Assembly (NCBI GenBank): GCA_963654235.1
Contig: CAVJZR010000001.1
Coordinates: forward strand, 5,049-69,048
DNA: 64,000 nt
Origin: Bacteroidaceae bacterium
GTDB lineage: Bacteria; Bacteroidota; Bacteroidia; Bacteroidales; Bacteroidaceae
Direction of reading: 5' to 3'
Shown: in pieces, positions 55,388 through 64,000 of the stretch
Layout: every line of letters begins with the position of its first letter
Position numbering within the stretch: position 1 is the stretch's first letter
Translations under genes and position numbers: made by a program
Notes under the pieces: model-generated
The model's database searches: none
The model's input: the letters and a program-made list of their open reading frames with translations, nothing else
Told to the model about the DNA's origin: nothing

Positions 55388-56617
55388 TCACTCGGTGAGT
55401 TTCTTACTCATATATTTCACAGGATAATAGATGGCGAGCCAACCCACCACTATCACCGTGAGGAATACCCCCACCACGTCCGTTGGATGTACGCTGACGG
55501 GATAAGCATCCACCACATAGTTGCCTGCCGAACTGCCGAGGTGCACCAGTCCGTATCGTTGCTGCAACAAGCAGAGCAACAGACCGAGCGCAATGCCTAC
55601 CACCGCACCTGCGATGGCTATCATTCGCCCCTCAAAGAGGAAGATCTGACAGATCTGTCGGTTGGTAGCACCGATGTTACGGAGTGTTCGCACATCGTTT
55701 TTCTTATCAATGATCAGCATCGAGAGCGACCCTACGATGTTGAAACTAGCCACCAAGAGGATAAACGTGAGGAAGATATAAGCAAAGAGCTTCTCTATCT
55801 TCATAATCTTGAAGTTGTCCGCTTGTTGCTCATAGCGATCCATCACGGTGTATTTGTCACCTAAAGACTGCTGTATCTCTTCCTTAGCTTGATTGATATC
55901 CACACCCGGTTTCATACGCAGTTCGAGCGAGGTGAGCTCACCTTGCCGGTTAAACATGCGTCGCGCAAAGGGCAGACTGGTCAAGATATAATGCTTGTCA
56001 TACTTGTTTTGCTTTACTTGGAACACCACGCCGGGTGACAGCACCGAGTCCTCCACGAACGCGTTGGACGGATTGCTCATGTCATACTGCCCCTTACGTT
56101 GTGGCGCATAGATATGGAGATAATCTCTCCAATCCACTCCGGTACCCAACTCCTTAGCTATCCATATGCCCAACACGGCGTACTCCAAGTTGGCAGTGTG
56201 CAGATCGAACGTCCCATCGCCGTAAAGGATGTTACGGATGTTGGTCAGCGAGTCGAAGTTGTCTTCCACTCCCTTAATCGTTATCATCTGTTGCTTTCCA
56301 TGATACACCGCCAACGCCTGATCCTCCACACACGCGGTGGACACCATCACGTCCGGTCGCTGCCGCACCTGGGTGAGCAACGGGTCATCCGCAGCTACAG
56401 CCTTACCGCTGACGGGTTGGATCTTAAGTTGGGGATCAAACTCGGTAAAGAATGAAGCGATAAGGTCTGAGAATCCATTAAAGCTACTGAGCACCACCAC
56501 CATCGCCATCGTTGCCACGGCAACGCCTATCACCGAGATGATACTGATGAGGTTGATGGCATGCGTACTCTTCTTAGCAAAGAGATAACGCTTAGCTATA
56601 TAGAATGGAAAGTTCAT
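55388..56617 (-). CDS. FtsX-like ABC transporter permease (LolC/E-like)
   Basis: 409 aa. N-terminal FYIAKRYLFAKK motif, large periplasmic loop and a C-terminal FtsX 3-TM bundle. Confidence 0.8.
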   Translation of the reverse strand: MNFPFYIAKRYLFAKKSTHAINLISIISVIGVAVATMAMVVVLSSFNGFSDLIASFFTEFDPQLKIQPVSGKAVAADDPLLTQVRQRPDVMVSTACVEDQALAVYHGKQQMITIKGVEDNFDSLTNIRNILYGDGTFDLHTANLEYAVLGIWIAKELGTGVDWRDYLHIYAPQRKGQYDMSNPSNAFVEDSVLSPGVVFQVKQNKYDKHYILTSLPFARRMFNRQGELTSLELRMKPGVDINQAKEEIQQSLGDKYTVMDRYEQQADNFKIMKIEKLFAYIFLTFILLVASFNIVGSLSMLIIDKKNDVRTLRNIGATNRQICQIFLFEGRMIAIAGAVVGIALGLLLCLLQQRYGLVHLGSSAGNYVVDAYPVSVHPTDVVGVFLTVIVVGWLAIYYPVKYMSKKLTE

Positions 56618-56676
56618 GGATATTCACGTCAAAAATACAATCGTCACTCCTTCATTGTCTGAGGAGTGACGGCTCG

Positions 56677-57012
56677 TTATTGTTTCAGAAGGTTGTCGAT
56701 GCGCTCGATATAGTCGAGTGAGTCATCGATAAAGAATCTCAGTTCAGGAATGATGCGTAGCTGATTGTGCACGCGCCGTCCCAGTTCGTAACGTATCTGC
56801 TTCTCGTTAGCATTGATATTCTTCAGCAGTTCCTCTCCTTTCTCAGATGGGAAGATGCTCAGATACGAGGTGCAGATGCTCAAGTCGGGACTCACACGGA
56901 CGCGAGTGACGCTCACGAGCACTCCATGCATCATGCGTGTCTGACTTTGGAAGATCGTTGCGAGTTCTTTCTGTAACAGTCGTGCGATGCGATTTTGTCT
57001 TGTTTCTTGCAT
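56677..57012 (-). CDS. rbfA: Ribosome-binding factor A
   Basis: 111 aa. RIARLLQKELATIF and VTRVRVSPDLS motifs. Confidence 0.9.
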   Translation of the reverse strand: MQETRQNRIARLLQKELATIFQSQTRMMHGVLVSVTRVRVSPDLSICTSYLSIFPSEKGEELLKNINANEKQIRYELGRRVHNQLRIIPELRFFIDDSLDYIERIDNLLKQ

Positions 57013-57098
57013 GTATGATATTGTTATTAACTATGCAAAGTTAAGCAATATTACTGATTTGCCCAAACATTTGCTTTGTGTTTCGTTTCTCTCTGTGG

Positions 57099-57737
57099 CT
57101 AAGGCTTCTTGCGGATGAGCGTCAGTCCGTCACGGATAGGGAGGATAACCTTCTCTACACGTGGGTCGGCGGCAATGGCATCGTTGAACGTGCGGATGCC
57201 TTTGGTTTGGCTATCGTGGTCATATGCGGGGTCTATGACGTGCCCATCCCACAGGGTGTTGTCAGCGAGGATAAATCCGCCGGGACGCAACAGTCCTAAC
57301 ACCATCTCACAGGTAGACAGGTATGTGCGCTTATCTCCATCGACAAAAGCCATATCAAAGGTCACTCCGAGCTTCGGCGCTTCGATGTTTGCGTCACCGA
57401 TACGGAAGTCGATGCGGTCAGCATAAGGCGAACGTTCTATCCACGGACGCGTGAAGTCTTCCATCTCGTCATTGATTTCGAACGTATACACCTTACCGCC
57501 GGGTTGCAATCCCTCTGCCATGCACAGGGCGCTATACCCACTGAACGTGCCCACCTCAAGGATATTGGTGGGACGAATCATCTCCACCATCATCTTGAGC
57601 AGTCGTCCTTGCAGATGTCCGGAAGCCATACGGCCGTGCACGGTGTGGATATTCGTAGCGCGCCACAGCCGATAGAGGTAGTCGCCTTCGGCATCGATAT
57701 GGTCAGAGATATACTGATCGAGTTGTTCGTCCATCAT
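57099..57737 (-). CDS. Class I SAM-dependent O-methyltransferase (family 3, caffeoyl-CoA OMT-like)
   Basis: 212 aa. ILEVGTFSGYS SAM-binding motif and FVDGDK. Confidence 0.8.
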   Translation of the reverse strand: MMDEQLDQYISDHIDAEGDYLYRLWRATNIHTVHGRMASGHLQGRLLKMMVEMIRPTNILEVGTFSGYSALCMAEGLQPGGKVYTFEINDEMEDFTRPWIERSPYADRIDFRIGDANIEAPKLGVTFDMAFVDGDKRTYLSTCEMVLGLLRPGGFILADNTLWDGHVIDPAYDHDSQTKGIRTFNDAIAADPRVEKVILPIRDGLTLIRKKP

Positions 57738-58171
57738 GATTGTCTTTCAAGGGTGATTGCTTTGAGCGCCTCCACTGCCAGTCGATAACTATCCAAACCG
57801 AAGCCTTGGATGGTTCCTACACACGCTGGGGTTATCATAGAATGGTGTCTAAACTCTTCTCTGCCGCTAATATTGCTGATATGAACCTCCACTACGGGTG
57901 TGGTGATGGAACGGATACAGTCGCGCAAGGCTACGCTGGTATGGGTGTAACCGCCCGCATTGAGCACCACGCCATCGTAGCTGAATCCCACTTCTTGTAG
58001 CTTATTGATCAATTCACCTTCTATATTGCTCTGAAAGTAGTGCAAGGTCACATCGGGAAAGGTCTTGATCAGATGATCCATACACGCATCCATCGACTTC
58101 TTTCCGTATATATCGGGTTCGCGAACGCCTAACAGATTGAGGTTAGGACCATTGAGAATTAATATCTTCAT
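57734..58171 (-). CDS. aroQ: Type II 3-dehydroquinate dehydratase
   Basis: 145 aa. ILILNGPNLNLLGVREPDIYG signature. ATGA overlap with the methyltransferase gene. Confidence 0.92.
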   Translation of the reverse strand: MKILILNGPNLNLLGVREPDIYGKKSMDACMDHLIKTFPDVTLHYFQSNIEGELINKLQEVGFSYDGVVLNAGGYTHTSVALRDCIRSITTPVVEVHISNISGREEFRHHSMITPACVGTIQGFGLDSYRLAVEALKAITLERQS

Positions 58172-58334
58172 CGGCTTAATTTATCCAAAATAAATGGTTA
58201 TCTTTGCATGACTCATGCATGATTTTCTTATTGCAAAGATAATGCAAATAGGTCAAGAAACAAAATATTTGTTATCTGTTTTTATGGCTTGTAGAATACC
58301 TATGAGTGAATATGTCAATATAAATTGAATAGCT

Positions 58335-59312
58335 ATGTCCGTCAATACCTCGTCATCCACATCCATGTTTGATCGTTATCGTCAGTATCTGAAGTTAGAA
58401 AAGGGCTATTCTCCCAACACCATTGATGCTTACATTCGCGACCTGGACAAGCTATTGCGTTTTCTCAAGGACGAACAAACGGATGTGTTGGATGTCAAAC
58501 TGAGCCATCTTCAGTTGTTTGCCGCTACCATCTCGAGCATCGGTATCGGTGCGCGGTCACTGGCTCGCATCCTTAGTGGCGTACGACAGTTTTACCGTTT
58601 CTTGGTGCTAGACGATTATCTGGAGAACGATCCCACCGAACTGCTTGAGTCGCCGAAGCTGCCGCAGCATCTGCCTGAGGTTCTATCGACCGCTGAGGTG
58701 GATTTGCTCGAGGGCGCTATCGACCTTACCAAGTGGGAGGGACAGCGTAACAAAGCCATCATCGAGATGCTCTTCTCATGCGGTTTGCGTGTCAGCGAAC
58801 TGGTAAATCTTAAGTTTGCCGACCTGTTCTTGGAGGATCAGTATCTCCGCGTGTTGGGTAAAGGCTCTAAGGAACGCTTGGTGCCTATCTCGGAGCGCGC
58901 CATTGACGAACTGCAAGCTTGGTTCATGGATCGTTCTGCCATGAATATCAAGCCCGGCGAGCAAGAGTATGTGTTCCTTAATCGCCGCGGCCATCACCTC
59001 ACCCGTACCATGATTCTCATCATGATCAAGCGTTATGCTGTCGAAGCGGGCATCCGCAAGACCATCTCACCGCACACCCTCAGACATAGTTTTGCCACCG
59101 CACTACTCGAAGGGGGCGCTGACCTCCGTGCTATCCAAGCGATGCTCGGGCACGAATCGATTAGCACCACGGAGATCTACACCCACGTCAGCACCACCAC
59201 GCTGCGTGAAGAGATTCTCCTCCATCACCCTCGCAACATCATGTATCAGCATCATCAAGATACAGCCAGTCAGCTTCCGTCTGACGAGCCTATCTCTCAT
59301 AACGATTGCTAA
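58335..59312 (+). CDS. xerD: Tyrosine site-specific recombinase XerD-like
   Basis: 325 aa. GLRVSEL, HTLRHSFAT and GHESISTTEIYTHV catalytic motifs. Confidence 0.85.
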   Translation: MSVNTSSSTSMFDRYRQYLKLEKGYSPNTIDAYIRDLDKLLRFLKDEQTDVLDVKLSHLQLFAATISSIGIGARSLARILSGVRQFYRFLVLDDYLENDPTELLESPKLPQHLPEVLSTAEVDLLEGAIDLTKWEGQRNKAIIEMLFSCGLRVSELVNLKFADLFLEDQYLRVLGKGSKERLVPISERAIDELQAWFMDRSAMNIKPGEQEYVFLNRRGHHLTRTMILIMIKRYAVEAGIRKTISPHTLRHSFATALLEGGADLRAIQAMLGHESISTTEIYTHVSTTTLREEILLHHPRNIMYQHHQDTASQLPSDEPISHNDC

Positions 59313-59488
59313 AATATCAAACAAACCGAAAAATATCCGTGAAATTTATATAAAATAAGGAGTATTCTTTGCGTTTCACCGATATTTGCGTACTTTTGCA
59401 ACGTTATATTAGGCATAATCTATGTCCTTTTATGCCATTAGGAACAGTATCAAAAGTAATCGAGAAATATCAACCAAGTATTAATAAT

Positions 59489-62302
59489 ATGAAACTGAAA
59501 CAACTTTTTGTAGTGGTTTTGCTTTCCATTGCAGCCATGGCGTCTGCACAGATGCCTAAGATTCCAGTTGACCCTAACGTGAAAATAGGCCATCTGGACA
59601 ATGGATTGACTTATTACATCCGCCAGAACAACTGGCCTGAACACGTTGCCAACTTCTATATCGCGCAACGTGTAGGTTCCATTCAGGAGAACGAAGACCA
59701 GCGTGGTTTGGCCCACTTCTTGGAGCACATGGCTTTCAACGGAAGTGAACACTTCCCTGACAGCACGCTCTTAGATTACACACGTTCTATCGGTGTCGAG
59801 TTTGGTAGCGACCTGAACGCCTACACTGGTATCGACCAAACGGTGTACCGCATCTGTAATGTGCCTACCCAGCGCGAGTCAGCACTCGACTCTTGTCTCT
59901 TGATTTTGAAAGACTGGAGCAACGGTCTGACCCTTGACGATAAAGAGATAGACCAGGAACGTGGTGTGATTCACCAGGAATGGCAGATGCGTAGCAGCGG
60001 TAGCATGCGTATCTTCGAACGTTTGCTTCCTAAGTTGTACCCTGGTTCTAAGTACGGCGAGCGTCTTCCTATCGGTCTGATGTCTGTGGTGGACAACTTC
60101 AAGTACAAAGAACTGCGCGACTACTACCACAAATGGTATCGTCCAGACAACCAAGCCATCATCGTGGTGGGTGACATTGACCCTGCCAAAGTAGAGGCAC
60201 AGATCAAAGAACTGTGGAAGGACGCTGTCACACCAGCCGATGCTGCCAAGGTGGTAGACGAACCCGTACCTGACAACGACAAAGCTATCTACCTCTTTGA
60301 TAAGGATAAGGAGATGCCTTACAACCTCGTCAGCGTAGCCATGAAGCACGACGTGACTACCAACGAAGAGAAGGAGAGTTTCGGATACCTCTTTAGCAAC
60401 TACTTCAAGAACATCGTTGCGATGATGCTCAACCAACGTCTCAGCGATGCAGCGCAGAAAGCTGACTGTCCTTTCATCCAAGCTTCAGGTAGCGACGGAC
60501 AGTTTATCTACTCTAAGACCAAAGATGCATTCAGCCTAGACGCTGTTGCCAAGGAAGGCAAGATATGCGAAACACTTGAGGCTGTGTACCGTGAAGCACA
60601 ACGCGCACGCCAGTTTGGTTTCACAGCAGGCGAGTATGACCGTATGAAAGCTGAATACCTATCACAGCTCGAGTCTGCTTACACCAACCGTAACAAGATC
60701 AAGAACGACCAGTATGGTGACGAATACCGTGACCACTTCCTCGATAACGAACCTATCCCTGGCATCGAGGTAGAGTATCAGGTGATGAAACAGCTCATCA
60801 GCATGCCTGATCTGTCTGTTGATGTCATTAATGAAGATCTCAAGGAACTGATCTCTGACAATGATACCAACCTCGTGGTGTATGTCATGGGACAGGAGAA
60901 GGACGGCGCTACCTATCCTTCTGAGGCTGACCTTGCCAACAGCATTGCTAAGGTTCGTGGCGAAAAGCTCGAAGCTTACGTTGATAACGTGAAGAACGAA
61001 CCGCTCGTTGACGTTACCACACTGCCTAAGAAGGGTAAGATCGTTAAGGAAACAGAGAACAAGACCTTGGGTTATAAGGAACTGACGCTGTCTAACGGCG
61101 CTCGCGTGATTCTGAAGAAGACCGACTACAAGGACAACCAAGTATTGTTCCAGGCTATGGCCAAAGGTGGTAAGGGTCTCTATGGCAGCAAGGATTATGT
61201 CAATCTGAAACTCTTTGATGACGTGATTGGTGCCAGCGGATTGGGCGAATTCTCTAACAACGAGCTCAGCAAGGCTCTCCTCGGCAAGCAAGCTAACGTG
61301 GCTTGTCAGCTCAGTAGCTACTACCAATCACTCGGTGGATCATGCGTTCCTAAGGATATCGAAACCCTGTTGCAGCTTGTTTACCTCAACTTCAAGAGCG
61401 TAAAGAAGGATATGGACTCTTATAACAGTCTCATGCAGCAGTACGAGGTACAGCTCAAGAGCAAGGGTCTCTCTCCTGAATCAGCCTTCGGCGATTCTGT
61501 AACCACCACACTCTATGGACACAACCCACGTACCGCACCTCTCGAACTGAGCGATTTGAGCAAGGTCAACTATGATCGCATCCTCCAGATTCAGAAGGAA
61601 CGTTTTGCCAACGCAGGTCAGTTTGTTTACTATTTCATTGGTAACTTCGACGAAGCAACGCTCCGTCCACTCATCGAACAGTACATCGGTTGTCTGCCTA
61701 AGGGCAAAGCTGAGAAGTGGAAAGATGCTCCTGAGTTTGCAAAAGGTATCGTTGTGAACAACTTCAAGCGCAAGATGGAGACGCCTAAGGCCATCGCTCT
61801 TGACGTTTATCACCAGCCAATGGCTTACAACGTGGACAATGCCGTGCTCGTTGACGCTGCTGCACAAGTGCTGACGATGGTTTATCTCAAGACCATACGT
61901 GAAGATGCATCTGCAGCTTACTCTGTTGGAGCAGGCGGATCACTTCAGCGTCGTGGCGATAAGGCCATCGCCCTCATTCAGGACTATTGCCCAATGGATC
62001 CTAACAAGTGTGACCAAGCTATCGGTCTGCTCGAGTCGGGTATGAAGGACAACACCGTTAGCGTTGACGCTGACAAGGTGGAGAAGATCAAGACCGCCAT
62101 GCTTAAGAACCTCGATGAGCAGTTGAAGACCAACGGCTTCTGGCTTGACAACATCGACGAGTATGTATGGACAGGCGTAGACCTCGTTTCTGGTTATCGC
62201 AACGCTGTTGAGTCGCTCACTCCAGCTAAGATTGCAGCCTTCTTGAAGGGCTTGGTTAACACCAACAACCACGTTCAGGTCATCATGCTTCCTGAGAAAT
62301 AA
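59489..62302 (+). CDS. M16-family (insulinase/pitrilysin-like) zinc peptidase, secreted
   Basis: Start set at the MKLKQLFVVVLLSIAAMASAQ signal peptide. Inverted zinc motif HFLEHMAFNG. Confidence 0.85.
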   Translation: MKLKQLFVVVLLSIAAMASAQMPKIPVDPNVKIGHLDNGLTYYIRQNNWPEHVANFYIAQRVGSIQENEDQRGLAHFLEHMAFNGSEHFPDSTLLDYTRSIGVEFGSDLNAYTGIDQTVYRICNVPTQRESALDSCLLILKDWSNGLTLDDKEIDQERGVIHQEWQMRSSGSMRIFERLLPKLYPGSKYGERLPIGLMSVVDNFKYKELRDYYHKWYRPDNQAIIVVGDIDPAKVEAQIKELWKDAVTPADAAKVVDEPVPDNDKAIYLFDKDKEMPYNLVSVAMKHDVTTNEEKESFGYLFSNYFKNIVAMMLNQRLSDAAQKADCPFIQASGSDGQFIYSKTKDAFSLDAVAKEGKICETLEAVYREAQRARQFGFTAGEYDRMKAEYLSQLESAYTNRNKIKNDQYGDEYRDHFLDNEPIPGIEVEYQVMKQLISMPDLSVDVINEDLKELISDNDTNLVVYVMGQEKDGATYPSEADLANSIAKVRGEKLEAYVDNVKNEPLVDVTTLPKKGKIVKETENKTLGYKELTLSNGARVILKKTDYKDNQVLFQAMAKGGKGLYGSKDYVNLKLFDDVIGASGLGEFSNNELSKALLGKQANVACQLSSYYQSLGGSCVPKDIETLLQLVYLNFKSVKKDMDSYNSLMQQYEVQLKSKGLSPESAFGDSVTTTLYGHNPRTAPLELSDLSKVNYDRILQIQKERFANAGQFVYYFIGNFDEATLRPLIEQYIGCLPKGKAEKWKDAPEFAKGIVVNNFKRKMETPKAIALDVYHQPMAYNVDNAVLVDAAAQVLTMVYLKTIREDASAAYSVGAGGSLQRRGDKAIALIQDYCPMDPNKCDQAIGLLESGMKDNTVSVDADKVEKIKTAMLKNLDEQLKTNGFWLDNIDEYVWTGVDLVSGYRNAVESLTPAKIAAFLKGLVNTNNHVQVIMLPEK

Positions 62303-62330
62303 ACCTTTCTGAAAGATCCCTATAAATCGA

Positions 62331-62375
62331 GTAGGAGATAAACGCTTATGAGCTGCGTTTATCTCCTACTTTTTG
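62331..62375 (+). terminator. Rho-independent terminator
   Basis: 15-bp stem GTAGGAGATAAACGC / GCGTTTATCTCCTAC, followed by T5. Confidence 0.8.
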
Positions 62376-62453
62376 TTTTGATAGGTACAGACATCGAGTT
62401 AGATACTGCACATATCTGTAATTGATGGTTTGAGTTATTTTCTTACTATGTTT

Positions 62454-63344
62454 TTACAATAGTTTCTTTACTTCATTCATAGGCATTGAGGTAGCGATAG
62501 AAACCTGTTCGGGCGTAAATCCAGCAGAAAGCATTCGTTTTGCAGTAGCCACTTTTTCGCTGTTAGCACCTTCTGCCATACCTTCTGCTCTACCTTCTGC
62601 TCTACCTTCTGCCCGTCCTTCGGCTCTGCCTTCTTGATAACTGTCGTGTTGGAGAGTCTTCTCCACCCTTACGCTATCCCAAAACTTATCATACGCACGC
62701 AACTCTTCCTCATTGAATGCAGACACCTTCACTTCTTCTAGAGCCTTGCTTATTTCTGAGTTGTTAAGCAAATCGGCAGAAACTTCTTGGGTATTGACGT
62801 CTATCTCGGTGAGAAAACGAAGCCAAAGCACCATCATGCGCTTATCGGATATGCTATGCGGTGTAAACTTAGGCAGTTCGATGAAGGTGAAATGGAGTCC
62901 TTCTATCACCTTATCACTATCTTTATCGTGTACGATGCTATAGTTATGGATAAAACATTCGGGCATATCGTGCTCAAATATATCATTCACGAGATTAAGA
63001 GAATAGACGGGTTGAAGCTCGCTATACTTCTCTTTCCGCATGGCTTGGGTGACGTATAGTTTAGAGGCATTAAAGAGAACACGTTGCTTGAAAGAGTTGC
63101 TCCATTCCATTTGCATCTCCACACAGAACTTCCTACCCATGATATCCTCACATAGTACGTCCACAATGGAGTTCTTGTGTTGGTATAACTCAGGTACAAG
63201 TTCGGTGGGCAAATACTTGATACGACGTATTTGTTCACTCTCACCAAGGGGCAACAAGGCATTAAGAAGGCTTATTAGCAAGTCGGGATGTTTGCCAAAT
63301 ATCTTCTTAAAGGTCAAGTCTGCTTTTGGATCTAAATATTTCAT
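62454..63344 (-). CDS. Rpn-family recombination-promoting nuclease / putative transposase (PD-(D/E)XK, YhgA-like)
   Basis: 296 aa. The N-terminus MKYLDPKADLTFKKIFG is characteristic of this family. C-terminal (EGRA)n repeat. Confidence 0.8.
   Translation of the reverse strand: MKYLDPKADLTFKKIFGKHPDLLISLLNALLPLGESEQIRRIKYLPTELVPELYQHKNSIVDVLCEDIMGRKFCVEMQMEWSNSFKQRVLFNASKLYVTQAMRKEKYSELQPVYSLNLVNDIFEHDMPECFIHNYSIVHDKDSDKVIEGLHFTFIELPKFTPHSISDKRMMVLWLRFLTEIDVNTQEVSADLLNNSEISKALEEVKVSAFNEEELRAYDKFWDSVRVEKTLQHDSYQEGRAEGRAEGRAEGRAEGMAEGANSEKVATAKRMLSAGFTPEQVSIATSMPMNEVKKLL
62568..62632. repeat. 12-nt in-frame tandem repeat (about 5 units) inside the Rpn-family gene
   Basis: ACCTTCTGCCAT / ACCTTCTGCTCT x2 / ACCTTCTGCCCG / TCCTTCGGCTCT encode EGRAEGRAEGRAEGRAEGMAEG on the minus strand. 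Confidence 0.85.
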
Positions 63345-63476
63345 ACGTTACGCCTATTATAATGTGTTGTGGCAAAAATACTAATAATCTTTGATAATGC
63401 CAACTTTTGGCAATAGTAAATATTTGATTATCTCATCGCTTTTGATTATCTTTGCATAACTAAAAAAATTCTTCGC

Positions 63477-64000
63477 ATGGAATCGATCAAGAATATTTTC
63501 AGAATAGGTAAAGGTCCTTCATCCAGTCACACGATGGGGCCCAACCACGCCGCAACCATCTACTCGCAGCGTCATCCCGAAGCCAAATCGTTTGAAGTGA
63601 CGCTCTATGGCTCTCTTGCCGCTACAGGAAAAGGTCACCTCACGGACGTGGCTGTGACCGAAGCGTTAGCGCCGCGCCCCGTTAAAATCATCTGGAAACC
63701 CTCTGTGTTTCTACCCTTCCACCCCAACGGTATGCAGTTTGTCGCCGTGGATGGCTTTGGCAATAAGTCGGACGAGTGGACCGTGTTCAGCGTGGGAGGC
63801 GGTGCGCTTTCTGAAGGCAAGGGATTCAATGATCGATTCTATTCCCAACCCGTCTATGAGATGCATTATCTCAAGGACATCCAGCAATGGTGCGAGGCCC
63901 ACGGACGTGGTTACTGGGAGTATGTGGAGCAATGTGAGGAGAGCGATATATGGGATTATCTCCATGAGGTATGGATGGCAATGAAGGAGAGTGTGCGCCG
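63477..64000 (+). CDS. sdaA: L-serine ammonia-lyase (iron-sulfur type), N-terminal part; continues past the window end
   Basis: Absent from the ORF track because no stop is reached. The frame is open from ATG 63477 to 64000: MESIKNIFRIGKGPSSSHTMGP...GSLAATGKGH matches the SDH beta domain. TAtcTTTG box about 25 nt upstream. Confidence 0.85.
   Translation, partial: MESIKNIFRIGKGPSSSHTMGPNHAATIYSQRHPEAKSFEVTLYGSLAATGKGHLTDVAVTEALAPRPVKIIWKPSVFLPFHPNGMQFVAVDGFGNKSDEWTVFSVGGGALSEGKGFNDRFYSQPVYEMHYLKDIQQWCEAHGRGYWEYVEQCEESDIWDYLHEVWMAMKESVR

Noticed and set aside
63635-63984. Three listed ORFs (64-84 aa) near the window end
   Set aside because: They overlap the open sdaA reading frame (63477 to the window end). 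That frame has a clear L-serine dehydratase N-terminus, so these are frame or antisense artefacts.

Overview
This is a chromosomal window from a Bacteroidota genome, probably Prevotella/Bacteroidales-like. Three things support that: TAnnTTTG -7 promoter boxes sit upstream of most genes, one protein ends in a T9SS C-terminal sorting domain, and a GLPGLI-family protein is present. Most of the window is housekeeping: uvrC, dtd, deoC, polA, ychF, lgt, mutS, rpoN, purE, ispG, ribF, korAB, aroQ, rbfA, xerD, sdaA and several peptidases. The main exception is a visibly AT-richer stretch of about 12.5 kb (about 24.8-37.3 kb) that starts just after a tRNA(CAT) gene, with every gene on the minus strand. 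It carries what I read as an uncharacterised RiPP locus. The locus has a 92-aa precursor with a double-glycine leader and a core of seven Cys spaced exactly 9 residues apart, six of them in C-x3-N motifs. Next come a radical-SAM/SPASM maturase and a tightly coupled outer-membrane beta-barrel gene (CarboxypepD_reg/plug type). No C39 peptidase or ABC exporter is present. The locus is flanked by two paralogous lipoprotein-signal/TPR/TM/HTH one-component regulators and by a second OMP + GLPGLI + small-secreted-protein module. Other non-obvious signals are listed here. (1) Two paralogous promoter-to-terminator sRNA-like units at 9.0-9.8 kb show compensatory stem changes, and one has a C9 tract in its promoter. 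(2) A roughly 75-nt AT-box element occurs three times, each time oriented toward the downstream promoter. (3) A REP-like GGGTCACAGACCC element lies at the 3' ends of polA and ispG. (4) A histidine-decarboxylase-like gene is present. (5) An Rpn-family nuclease carries a 12-nt in-frame tandem repeat. No CRISPR array, rRNA, integrase or transposase-bounded element was seen. All functional calls come from motif and family recognition by eye and need HMM/BLAST confirmation.
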